Source of the DNA: Lama guanicoe
Taxonomy: Eukaryota
Assembly (NCBI GenBank): GCA_013239625.1
Contig: MU057069.1
Coordinates: 1,484,018 to 1,548,017 of the forward strand
DNA: 64,000 nt
Direction of reading: 5' to 3'
Of the stretch, positions 22,801 through 34,149 are shown piece after piece. The first letter of the stretch is position 1. Every line of letters starts with the position of its first letter. The notes beneath the pieces are model-generated. The model saw only the letters and a list, made by a program, of their open reading frames with translations. It had not been told where the DNA came from and made no database searches. A program made the position numbers and the translations under genes.

Positions 22801-24519
22801 AGAGCTCTCCTGATGAGATTCCATTTTTCATCTTTTAGATCATCAAGGAGAGAAAGGTCTGATGACAAAGGGTGTTGTGGATGGTGAGGGGGACAGGCCT
22901 TCTGGTAACTGCTGGTGGGTTTATAAATGGTCCCACTTCTGCCGAGGGCAATTGGCAAGATCTGTCAAAATAACAAGGGCACACGCCCTCAGACCCAGCA
23001 GTTCTCCTCTCGGAACATATCTTACGGATGGGCTTGTCTAGCGCCTGTTAAGGGCACTGTTAAAGCCTGCATGTACTGGCACGAGATTGGAAACCACCTC
23101 AGCGTCCACCCACGCAGGGGGCTGGCAAAGTCCCCCCCAGAACGTCAGACAGAAGGGGGACCGCCAACTCGGGAGGACCGGGGCCAACCAGAGGCCGGCG
23201 CCCAGAGGGCATCTGGTCGCACATGACAATCATGCAAAACATTGAAGCCACGAGATGCCTGGAAAGACACACGTGCAATTGAGAAGCAGCTATGGCCTCT
23301 GGAAGGGGACGCAGGGACGAAGGTCAGGAGTGGGGCTCCTCCTTGCATGCCCTGAGTTCTGCCCAAATGCCTGCTTGTTTTTAGTGCAATAAACAGGTAT
23401 TAAAGCAAGCTTAGGAAATAAATAAGAAAGTCTGTCATTAGATGTCAGAGACACTGTGCAGATAAGGGCTACCACCAGAGACGCTCAGGCTCATAGGTTA
23501 AGTCAGGGCTCTCTGGGTCAAGTCACCTGATTAGGTGACGAGGTCCAGGGGTCTCAGAGCACTGAGATCTGATCTCAGGACCCCTGGCAGCTTCTTCCTT
23601 CCTCTCTCCACATGTTTCTCCCGTATTCACGGGGGACCACCTGGCACCCAGCACCCCCCGGAAAGGGGGATAGGGATGGGAGAATGGCCAAGGCCAGGGG
23701 AGGGGCACCCACAGCAGGGTTGCCTCAGACTCTGAGTGAAGTGCCTCGAAGTGCATCACCTCAGTCAATCCCTGGCAGGTGGGTCACAGCCATTATCTTC
23801 ATTTTACAGATGAGGAAACTGAGGCCAGCAGGCTCGAGGCTCAGGGTGTGCAGCTTGGGTGTGGCCCCCGAGCCACATGACTGACCCAAGGGGGAAAGGA
23901 ACTTGAAAGGTGCTGGAAGCCCCCAGACTGACCGGCAGCTGGGGGAGCAGGTCCCAGCACGGTCCTGCCCAGGAGCTGTCTGGAAAAGTCACCTCTGACG
24001 CAAGACCCTTATAGATGCTGCCACACCCCCAGCTCGCTGCTGCAGACCTGTTGTGGGGTGTGCAGGGGAAGCCCGCCTTCCCCCAGTGACCAGTGACTTC
24101 TGCCCACCCCCAGCACACACACCCCTGGCACCCGGGGTGGCGTCTTGTCTCCTTGCGTCTTGATTAGGGTGTCTGCTGGGCACCCCGAGGGACCTTCTGT
24201 TTCTGTGCCCACTGAGCACAGGCCAGAGGCCTCAGGCCAATAGATCCTCCCTCAGCAAACGTTTGTGGGGCGAGAGAGTGTGGGGCGCAGGGAAGGGGAG
24301 ACTCCACTGAGGCAGAGGCACACACTGGGACCCACAGATGGGCTCTCATGGGTTAGAATAGTGTCTAAATGTCATCCAACCTGGATTTCCGGCTGCTCCA
24401 GGAAAAAGGGAGGATCTGGAAGCTCAGCCTCGGCCCGCCGGCCCCGCCCCTCTCGCCGGCCCTCGACCCAGCCCAGTCCGCCGCCCGCTCCAGGCCACGC
24501 CCGCCGTCCCCGCGCTCAC

Positions 24520-24686
24520 GTTCATCAGATTTCCAATCCGGTTGTTGCCCAGGGACAGAACCTGCAGCTTGACCAGGGCGTCCAGAGAGTCGATCTTGGC
24601 GATTCGGTTGTTGAACAGGCTCAGGTCCTCCAGGTTCACCAGCGTGTCCAGCCCCTCTATGGTCTCAATATTGTTGAAGGACAGGT
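24520..24686 (-). CDS. DRC3: DRC3 coding exon 3 (leucine-rich repeats)
   Basis: Encodes (D)[55 protein letters not shown] (SDS22-like LRRs); gcag| ... AAC|GTGAG; 167 nt. Confidence 0.96.
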
Positions 24687-25464
24687 CTGCGGAAGAGGGC
24701 CGTGGGGTCTGGGCCTGGGTTGGGGGTGACCGTCCCCCCGCAGCTCCGTGCCCTTGCCAGCTTGGCCGCTCAGCTTCCGGGCCGGGACTTGGGTCTACGC
24801 TGCCCTGTTCTGGGGTGGAAACTCACTGGCAGGTCAGAGCAGTGCATCTTGGGGTGGGGGTGACAGTTCCCTCCCAGCTGTGCCACTGCTGGCTCGCCCC
24901 CCCAAAACCCCAGCCCCAACCCCAGCTGAGACGTCAGACCTTCTCTAGCTCTAGTCACATCTTTGGGAATAAAACAGCTCTCTCCCCACTGCAGGTCTGG
25001 GGGCTTGGTTGGGGTTGGGGCTGCCACCCTGTCCTGAACACCCGTGGCCCAGAGGCCCAGACTGGGGACTTTTCATGAGTGTTCAGATAAGCTGTCACAT
25101 TTAAAGGTGATTCAGGAAGTCAGTTTATTCACATCTAAATTTAGCCTCCTTGTCACATCAGGGGATGCTCACCTGCCAACAGTGGGGACTGACAATTTAT
25201 TGTCCTTTCCCCATGCCAGGCCCTCCCAGTGCATTTCCTCATTCAGTCCTCACAGCACAGGTGTCACCACCTGCACCTTATGGACAAGGAAACGAGGATT
25301 CAAAGAGGCCTGGGGGTGTGCCCAAGATCCACAGCATATAAAGAAAATGAGGTTCAGAGGCTGAAGTAACTTGTACAAAACAGGCTGGGACCCGCACCGG
25401 AGTCTGCCAACACCACGCCTGCCCCTTCCTTTCCCTCCGCGCAGCCTGGCTGCAATCTTTGCAG

Positions 25465-25630
25465 GTGTGCTGGGAAAGGCCCCGATCTGTAGCGCTTGCT
25501 AAATCCTTTGTTGTAAATACTCCCACTGTGGCCAATTTCAAGCTCCCAACAGGACATCCCTGAATGTAAAGTTGGGACGAGATGTGAGCATTCAGCTTTT
25601 GGGGGTCTATATTAGCTGGCTGCGGCTCAC
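25465..25630. mobile_element. hAT DNA transposon fragment, MER63-like
   Basis: tgtaaatactcccactgtggccaatttcaagct...gttgggacgagatgtg recalled from MER63. Confidence 0.5.
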
Positions 25631-26865
25631 CCTTAGCCCTGGGATGGCTGGCTGCAGGGGGCCACCAGCAGGGCCTGTGTGTGCAGGGGTGCTGTGCTGA
25701 GCCATCCAGCACCCTCTCCCTACCCCGACTCCTGCATCCCAGGGACCCCGCCCTCCCTGGGTGACTAGTGCCAGAGCTGGACAAAGGTGGGCTGCTGGCT
25801 CTCTGAGAGGGTAGCCTGACCTCTTACCAGAACTTTCCCCTTCGGCTCTCCACCCAATGCCACAGGACATTGGGCGTCACAGGGGCACCTCACGGGGACC
25901 CATGGGCCTGGTTTCATGTCTGAGAGACAGCTTGCCTAAAAGCCCGGCATTCAGAAGGCTTGTGGCTTAGGATCCGGGCTGACCCAGCACCTCTCCTCTG
26001 TCTTCTGTTGATGCAGGTGGGCCAAACCCAGGACTCATCCTCAGTGGGTTTCTGGGAGGGGCTGTCGGGGCGAGAGACCTGGGCGGAGCTGCCAGGAGCC
26101 CTGGCTGCGGTCGGCCTCTGCCGCAGTGCACGCAGCTCCGAGGCCCTCAGCCTCTCATCCTCTGGGTCTGTGACGTGGTAGCCTGTGGGGCTGCTGTGGG
26201 CTGGCGGCCGTACATTGGAGCTGGGGGTGTTCTGTAAACTGGGAGGCGCACCGATGCCCCAGGCTGCCCGTTAATGGGAAGCAGCCTGGCAGGAGGGACT
26301 GAGCGTGGGCTTCGGGGTCAGACGGGCGTGGGTCTGTCCCAGCCCTGGGCTTCTGGGTCATGGAGCTCAGGGAGCATGCCCTGGCCTCTCGGAGCCCCCG
26401 AGGACTGCTGTGAGGGCTAAATGAGACAAAATGCTGGGAGCTCCTGGCCCACTGCTTGCTGTGACCTCAGTGTGCTCCTCTCTACAGTGGGGTTGCTGGG
26501 TAGGTCAGGGGACCTCACACAGGAAGCACACAGGCCCAGCTTAGCAGGCAGAGTCGTCAGTGCACACTAGCGCTGAGATGGTTACTGCTGGTGTGATCTG
26601 GGGCCCACGGTTACCTGTCAGCCTGAGTCTAGGGTAACCAGGAGCCCAGGCTGCTCCCTTGACCCCCTCCCACGATGGGACATTTGACAGGTGGGAGCAG
26701 AATGTTCCGCCTGGGCTGTCCCAGCACGGGCCCAGGCTTTCTGAGAGCAGCTTCCTTGCTCCCAGCAGAGGGAGCTCCTGCTGCCAGGGCTAAGCTGAGC
26801 CAGAACCTTGCCGGGGCAGGCTTGGTGGGCATCACCGTGGACTTGGGGGGACGCCGGGGCCTCAC

Positions 26866-26982
26866 CCAGCCAGACCAGGCGAGTGAGCTTCTCCAGGCCC
26901 TCGATCTTCTCGATGGTGTTGTTGTCCAGCTGCAGCTTCCGCAAGTTCTCAAACTGCCAGAGGTTGTCTATGCGTAGGATGT
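26866..26982 (-). CDS. DRC3: DRC3 coding exon 2 (leucine-rich repeats)
   Basis: Encodes (N)ILRIDNLWQFENLRKLQLDNNTIEKIEGLEKLTRLVWL(D); tttcag| ... TGG|GTGAG; 117 nt. Confidence 0.96.
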
Positions 26983-29019
26983 CTGAAACAACAGGGCACA
27001 CGCTGTGCTGCTTCCGGTCAGGGTCAGGGTCAGGATTTCAGCACCAGCGTCTGGGGGCTGGATGACCAATGCTAACCATGTGACAGGCTCCAGAGCTCCG
27101 CCACGTCCCCGAAGTGTGCGGGGGCCCTGGATGTGTGGGCCAGCACTGCGGAGCTCCGAGTCCCCGTCGGTGCTGCGGTCCCGGTGGCTCATGGGCACAC
27201 CACAGGGTGCAAGGGGCTGGCCATCTGGTCAGGGATTCACTCAGCTGCCCTTGGAACGCCTGGGCTCAGGACACAGGGCACAGGAAGGGCCCCTCCTTCC
27301 TTCCACAGGGTGACAAATAGAATCAAGGCCTCAGGGCGGCCAGACAGCTAGTTGAGCAGTTTGGAGGGTGCTTGGCCTCGTGGACAGAAATACTGTGTCC
27401 TTTGACCCTGAAGTTTCTCTACGTGGATTCTGTTTGCAAAGACCTGCAGTGTATATACCCAAAGGAACACCTGCAGGCACACGAGGGACAGAAAGATGGG
27501 GCCCAGGTGTCTGCGCATGGGGAGGGGACAGATTGCTTACACGGCAGAGGCAGCTTCCCAGTGTCACCGAGTGCCTGAGCCCGCGGCCGCTGAGCCAGGC
27601 AGGCAGGCCTGAGCGTGTCCAGTTTTCCTAGAAGCCCCAGAGCTCTGCTGTTCACCTGTCCCTTTTTTCTATATTTGCTTTTGTAATGATATCCAAAACT
27701 TATAAAATGAGACTATGCTCATTAAAAGAACTGAAATAATATAAAAGTGAAAGGGGTTAAAAAAATTGCTTTTAACAAGCACACACTAGGGCGGCGGTTT
27801 CAACATTCACTCGGGGGGCCGCTGCCCTCCCCAGGCCGGTGGACAGCGGCTCCCTGACCCAGGGCCCGGTCGCGGGGCCGGGTGAGATGGCATCTGTCCC
27901 CAGCTCGCTGAGCCGGGTTTCCTGGAGTGACACCAGCCACCCCCAACCCCCATGCTTCAGAGGCCTGGCTGGCTGTTCCCTCTGCCTGGACCGCCTTCCC
28001 CGGATCCCCACGTGGCTCCTGTCCTCACCTCCTCCTAGTTTTTGCTCAACTGTCACCTTCTTGGTGGGGCCTCTGACCCCCCAACAAAACACCACACCCC
28101 AACTCCCCTTTTCTCCTCTCCTTGCTTATTTTTCTCCAGGGCACACGGGACCTCTCGGACACACTGTATTTTCCTTCTTTATTTTCTGTGTCCCCCTCCC
28201 TAGACGGCGAGCGGCACGAGGACAGGTTGTCTTGTTCACAGCTGACTCCCTGGTGCTCAGAACAGCACCTGGCATCACAGTGTCTGAGAAACAGCGCCTG
28301 AGCGGCAGGTGGGGCCAGGGAAGCCGGGAGGGCCCGGACACCCACTCTGTGCCCCTTAGCCCTCTCACGCCGAGGGGGCTGAGGCACAGGGCCCTCCCCG
28401 CTCTGCAACTCCGGACCTGCCCTGGGCACCGCCGAGTCCCCAGCTCTGACTTAGGACGTCCTTGCTGTCAACTGGATGACCCGGCAGGCTGACATGGAGG
28501 CCCGGGATAGAGCAGGGACAGGACCTCTGCCCACCTCTCCCGCTTCCTCCTGCGCCCCCTCCTTGAGCAAGCCAGGCCTCTGTTACCTTGTCTCGTCCAC
28601 CCACCCAGCACCCAGGATGGGGCTGCAGCCACCCCGTCTCACAGAGGGACAGGCCCCTGCCCCTGCTGTTTCCAACCCCTTCTCTGAAGCTGCTCCCCAG
28701 CATGTCCTCGCCCCGCACCCTGACCCGTGGGACCACCCTCCTAGGTTCCCCTGCCGGGGACCCTGCTCCCAGGAGCCAGGGTGGAGATGTGGTGGAGACA
28801 GCGTGGCCTTCGGAGTTCTCCTAGAGTTGGAGGGAGAATTTGCCCCTTTCTTGTTGTTACTTGGAGGTGGGGGTGCTGTGGGTGTTCACGTGCTACCAAC
28901 ACTCAGTATCTTGTTTTCAAGCCGTCCGTGCTGGCCCTACACCTTCTAACCCAGGCAGGGCCGAAGGCCACCCCGGACCACCCACCCCACCTGGCACCTG
29001 CCCCGCCCGGAATACACAC

Positions 29020-29176
29020 TCTGGAAGTCCAGCTGCAGCGACAGGACGTCTTTGAAGAGGATGCCCTCCTGCTTGGCCAGCTGCCCGGCCTCGTCCCGTG
29101 GGCCCTGCTCCCCCACGGCCAGCTTCAGCATGTCGTCGTCCATCACCCTGGGTTCCATGTCACACAGCTGGTGCAT
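29020..29176 (-). CDS. DRC3: DRC3 coding exon 1 (start codon)
   Basis: Encodes MHQLCDMEPRVMDDDMLKLAVGEQGPRDEAGQLAKQEGILFKDVLSLQLDFQ; donor AGA|GTGTGT. An acceptor ttttccag| 5 nt upstream of the ATG implies untranslated exon(s) further 5'. The 12 exons sum to 1569 nt = 522 aa + stop. Confidence 0.94.
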
Positions 29177-32100
29177 CCTCCCTGGAAAACACCACGTCTG
29201 TCCCTAGGCCGTGTCTCCTGCCTCCTTTGCAGGACGGGTCTCCTGGGGTCTTTGCACACCATCGTGGGGCGGCATGGCGGCCACAGACACTCTGAAGGCG
29301 GCACCCCAACCCTCGGCTGCGTACTGGGGCTGCTCCAGGGCCCCAGCAGTGTCCCGCCTGGTGCCAACCCACAAGAGAGCATCCCTTGGCTCCATAACAC
29401 AGCTGTGCCCCTGGCCCTGGCGTACACACCCATCTCCTCAGCCTCCAGAGTTCAGCTGTCCTCATGGCCGTGCCCATCTCGGCCTCTGAATTTCCGCGCC
29501 TCCCTCTCCCTTGGAGGTTTCTTGACAACAACCCCTAACAACGATCCTTGGCGGCTCCAGCCGGGCCAACCAGCCATGGCGCCCCCTCCCTGAGCACATC
29601 ACTGCCTGCAGGCAGCCATGTCTGTGAGCAGCTGTGGTGGGGGACGCTGGTGGACGCTGACTGGAGCTGGTCCTTCCTGGGGCCGCAGGATGAAGGTGCC
29701 CTCAGAACCGCTGCTTGAGCCAGGGGCAGGCCAGGCATGTGGTCAAGTGAGAGTGAGGGGGGTCAAGTGGACAGACAGACAGAAGCAGATATGGGAATAC
29801 ACATCCAGGAAAAGAGATGAAGGATGGACAGACTGACACAGGTCCCAAATCTCAGGCCCCCGGGACTGTCCTGACTTCGCACATTCAGCCCTCTCTTCCT
29901 TAAACTCACTCCACTAGGCGCCTGTTGCCAAGGGATTTGGCTGAGACACTGAGGCAAAGGGGGTGTGTGGAGTGGGTCAGTTGTGGGCACAAGAGTCCCA
30001 GTCCTGGGGACCCTGGGCACCCTGACCTGGTTCCATCTTTACCAGCCCCATTAGCGAGAGCACCCGGAAGGGCTGGACCCTGCAGGAGGGTGTGATTTAC
30101 TGGAAATGCCCCGACTCTGCCTCCCAGACCCTCTACAGACTCAGCCCTTCCTCTGCTGCCCAGCCTGTCCCCACCTCCCTGTGGGTTCACCGACTGCCTT
30201 TGTACCCCCTGTGTCCCCAGCAGCCAGGCCTCTCTGTCCTGCTGGTCCCTGAGGCTAGGCAGCCCCTGAGTTCTGTGTCTTATCCCACTGAGTGCTGCTG
30301 GAGAGACTCCTGGCATTGGGCTGATGGCGTCCACTGCAAACTGGGTGGGCCTGGCAGCCCTGCCACCTGGTCTCACTGCCCCACTGCCCTCCCCCACCCC
30401 CACCCCTTGCAATGCAGCTTATGCAAATGTGAGTATTCTGTTTCCAGAATGTCCCTGATCAACTGTGCCAGTGTCTCTAACTGTGGCGTGTCCTTTCCTC
30501 CTGCCCCAGAGGAGGCACAGCCTCCCCTTCCCCCTCCTCCTCCGGCGCCTTCTATCCCGTTCTCTCCAGTCTCTCCACACCAGCTCCATCTCCTTAAGGT
30601 GATCAATGCAACTCCCAAAGATGCTTCCAGTCCTCCGCCTACCTCTCTCCATCTCCCCACTCTCTTGAAACAATCTTTTCCTAAGATTTCCCATAACTTG
30701 GCAACAATTTGTCTTTGGGGAAATTGCTATGTGCTGTATTTGGCAGATGTTGCCTGAAAGTGTTTGTCGTTTTTTTAAAGAAAAGTGCTGTGCTTTGGGA
30801 AATGGTTCTTAATTCTTATTTCAAAGCTTTGGCTGACTTCTTGCCAGTCCCAGTCCGCCAAGGCCTGGCCCCTATGACAGGTCAAGCTTGCTTTCAGTGG
30901 GGCCCAACAGTCATGTGGAAGAGCCGTTACGCGCACTCTTGGTTAAGCACACTTGGGCAGGGGCGTGGATTCTGACCACGCATCCGTTGGCAACTAACCT
31001 CACCTCTTAGTTCACTGGGGAAGCCTTTGATTTCCCATCTGTGAAAGATGGACAGTTCCTCACCCCTGCATTTGCTTAAGATCTTTTATTTAACTCCCGT
31101 ATGTGTAATGAGGGGTCACTACAGGCTGGGAATAAAACAGATCTTCTCTCTGTTTCAGACCTGAATCAATCACACACATCTTTAATTATGAACCATGACA
31201 AGTTTATCATGTGAGGAACTGTGACAGTGCACGTTAGGGACCCGGCTGAGACCTGGAGGATGAGCCAGAGAGAAGGAAGAGGGTTTGCACACTGAGGGCC
31301 CTAGGGACACAGGAGGAGTCGGGTTGCACTGTGGTTGAAGCAATGCGAGGCTGGAGAGGCCTACAGGACTGTTGTTATCCTATGACCCCCGGGAAGCTCC
31401 TGGGGCTTAACAAGGGCAGGGACGTAATCAGACTTCAACATTGAGACGCTCACTCTGCTGTTGTTCTGAGAAGAGGTGCGAGGGTGGTGGATCTGAGAGA
31501 CCTTGGACTCAATTTACACCAAGGACCAACCGCCTGCAGTTTTCCAATAAGAAAACAGAAGCTACTCGGAAAGGTCAACTAGCCCAAGGTGACGCATAGA
31601 GTCTACCGCAGAAGCAGGACTCGACCCTGCCCAGGCACTGTGGACCATCATTGTTCTTCAAGGCTGTTCAGGGTCGGGGCGAGGCCTGAACACTCCTCCC
31701 CTAAGGGGACTTTATCAATAGTTTACCACCCAGCTGGGGTTCCTGTTGACTTGCCTGACAAGAATGTTCCTGCAGAAGGCGGGAAAGCAGCTGGGAGTCA
31801 ACGGAGCAGTCTCCTCACGGAGAACCAGATCCAGAATTGCCCTGTGAAACAAGAATTTAGGATCAACTGGACCTGAAAAATACAGCCCCTACTGGCCCAG
31901 AATTAATAAGAGAAAACCAACCATTGACCGAGTGCTCACTGCGTGCTGGTGCACACGCATTATTGAATTACAGGTCCGCTCTGGAGAAGGGAGCCCTGCT
32001 GCCCTAACTTCCCAGACAGGGAAACTGAGCCCCGGAAGGGAGCTGCCGACAAGAGGCGGACATGGACTCGGTGTCCACGCTCCAAGCCAAAACCCTTCAC

Positions 32101-32473
32101 ATGGCAACAAGTTAACGACAGCTGAGAGGTCAGACGGAGGGTCAGTGATGCCCTCTTGAAGAGGTATCGGTGGGCCGGGTACCTCTCCTTGTCCGGAGGC
32201 GGGGATGGGCTTTCAGAGGTCTCCTGGGGGTCTGCGCCCGGAGTAAAAGCGTCCCCACCTCCTCTCCCCGCGAGGCCCGAAAGCCGGCACCCGCGTGTGT
32301 CCAGGAGGTGGCGGCCAGGGGGCCCGGACGTCCTCCTCCAGGTGGGACAGGCCGGCGGGCTCCTCCGGAAAAAGGTCAAGAGCGCCGCCCTCGCTGGTCC
32401 TCCTGCAACCTCTGGGCCCCAGGCTCTCAGCGTCTCCAGCACCGTCGGCCGCGGGCTGCTAGCGCTCCGCCCG

Positions 32474-32517
32474 GTTGCTAGGGGAACCTAGAGCCGCATT
32501 CTGTTGCTAAGGGGAAG
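32474..32517. promoter_or_regulatory. Tandem RFX X-box motifs on the DRC3 side of the promoter
   Basis: GTTGCTAGGGGAAC (32474-32487) and GTTGCTAAGGGGAAG (32503-32517) resemble the RFX consensus GTTGC(C/T)ATGG(C/A)AAC typical of ciliary gene promoters. Confidence 0.75.
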
Positions 32518-33065
32518 TCAGCTGGTAGACATCCTGGGTGAAAGTTGACGGCCACGTGATCACATTTCTGGGCGGGGAAATCCTCCCAGCACCAACCAGC
32601 GGAAGAGAAAACAAATGTTTGTCCAATCAGCACTTTGTATGGGTAGGCATCTCACTAGCCCCTCCCCCTCCTTGCCACTACTTGAGTGACTGACTCGTCC
32701 CTTGTCCAGTGATAGTAAGGACTCGCTCGAGCGACCAATACGTCGATGAATCAAAATACAGAGACTCTCGTCCGAAGGCGGGCCAGGGGAAGTGATAGAG
32801 ATTTCTGTGGCCTAGCTCTCAGCCCCGCCCAATCGGACGCTGCGGGGTGGGTTGGGGCCTCACTAAGGGAGGTGTGGGGGCCAATCGGAAGAGGGCAGAG
32901 CAGGCGTGGCCCAATAAGAACGCGGCGGGGGCGGGTCCAGGGGGCCGGATCTGGCGTTCCCGAGGGTGGGGCGGGGGTAAGTGTCAGTCAGGCGGGGAGC
33001 GCGGCGAGGGACGCAGAGAGCCGGCGGCTGACGGGCGCGGGCCGCTGCCTAGCCGTCCGCCCGTG

Positions 33066-33117
33066 ATGGAGTTCCTCCTGGGGAACCCGTTCAGCACCCC
33101 GGTGGGGCAGTGCCTCG
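33066..33117 (+). CDS. TOM1L2: TOM1L2 (target of Myb1-like 2 membrane trafficking protein) coding exon 1; start of VHS domain; rest of gene beyond window
   Basis: Encodes MEFLLGNPFSTPVGQCL(E), identical to the human TOM1L2 N-terminus; Kozak gtgATGG; donor TCG|GTAAG; consistent with ATPAF2-DRC3-TOM1L2 synteny. Confidence 0.95.
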
Positions 33118-34059
33118 GTAAGGCCGCGCGGGCGGCGGGGCGGGCGCCTGGGCCCCTCACGGCGGCGCCCCGAGACCCAGCGATGCTCCGCGCTCTCTAC
33201 GCAGCGGGGCCCAGCCCTTCAGCCCCGCCGGGCCGCGCCGGCTCTCCTTCCGTCCTCCCTCCGCGGGGCCGATCGCCTCGGGCCCCGGCCGAGCTCCCTG
33301 CCCCGGGCCTGCCCGTCGGAGCCCCCTCGGCTGGGAGCGGGAGGCCGGCGGGCTCCTGGGGGAACGGTCGGGGACCCGCCTGCACCGTCCCCGGGAGGAG
33401 GGCGGCCGTGCCCGTCCCGACGAGAGCCCCGGCCCGGAGCCCGGAAGCCGGACGTCAGCGGGGCCTTGCCGCCGACTCTCCCTGTGACCTTGTGCGAGTC
33501 ACTGCCCTGACGGCGCTGAAGTTTCCCGTCGTCCGAGGCGGGGTTCTGACGTTCCTTGGACTGGCTCCCCTCTCTCTTAAACCGGCCAGAGCTGACGTCT
33601 TTTGGTGGCCGACAGAGGGATGCTCCGCGTCCCGGGTCCGGGGAGGCCGAGATGCAGGTGCAGAAACACCAGAGGGGCCGCCCTGTGGAGTTTCCTTGCT
33701 GAAAAAGCAACTTGCCTTTTCACGCAAGGCAGGAGCTCATGCCAGGTGTCATCTATCAGGAAGGTCGATTGTTTCTTTTTAAAACTGGGTTCTTCCTGGG
33801 CTGTGGAAGGACTGGTAACACGTCTTATGAGCAGGGACCTTTGGTGTCCTTATGGGCCTGGCTGGATTGGGCAGGAGTGATTTATTTATTTCTGGCTTTG
33901 CTTATAAATGTACGGCTTGCTTTTTAGCCTTTAGTGGGGCCTGTGAAGTTATCGAGGCCTCTCCGATTGGCTCACTGGCATTTGGGAGCCTTTCTTTTCT
34001 TTATGTAGGGTCTCTGATAAGGGGTGATGTACACTGGGCCCTGGAAGAGTCTTTTGAGC

Positions 34060-34149
34060 GGGGAGGGTGTAGCTCAATGGTAGAGTGCATGCTTAGCATC
34101 CTCAAGGTCCTGGGTTCAATCCCCAGTCCCTCCATTTAAAAAAAAAAAA
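34060..34149 (+). mobile_element. tRNA-Ala(AGC)-derived SINE (camelid Vic-1-like), short form
   Basis: GGGGAGGGTGTAGCTCAATGGTAGAGTGCATGCTTAGCAT...GGTCCTGGGTTCAATCCCCAGT, with A and B boxes and an A12 tail. Confidence 0.85.

Larger units (their letters stand above)
32200..33660. promoter_or_regulatory. CpG island / bidirectional promoter shared by DRC3 (-) and TOM1L2 (+)
   Basis: Dense CpG; five CCAAT boxes (32623, 32735, 32829, 32881, 32911); several GC boxes (GGGCGG); E-box CACGTG at 32553; lies between the 5' ends of two divergent genes. Boundaries are approximate. Confidence 0.85.

Noticed and set aside
32183-32470. DRC3 untranslated first exon (candidate minus-strand donors near 32182 and 32258)
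   Set aside because: A 5' UTR exon very likely lies near here, but the boundaries cannot be chosen from sequence alone.
32847-33782. 311-aa ORF across the CpG island
   Set aside because: Contains only the 17-codon TOM1L2 exon 1; the remainder is low-complexity G/P/A/R translation of stop-poor CpG-island DNA.
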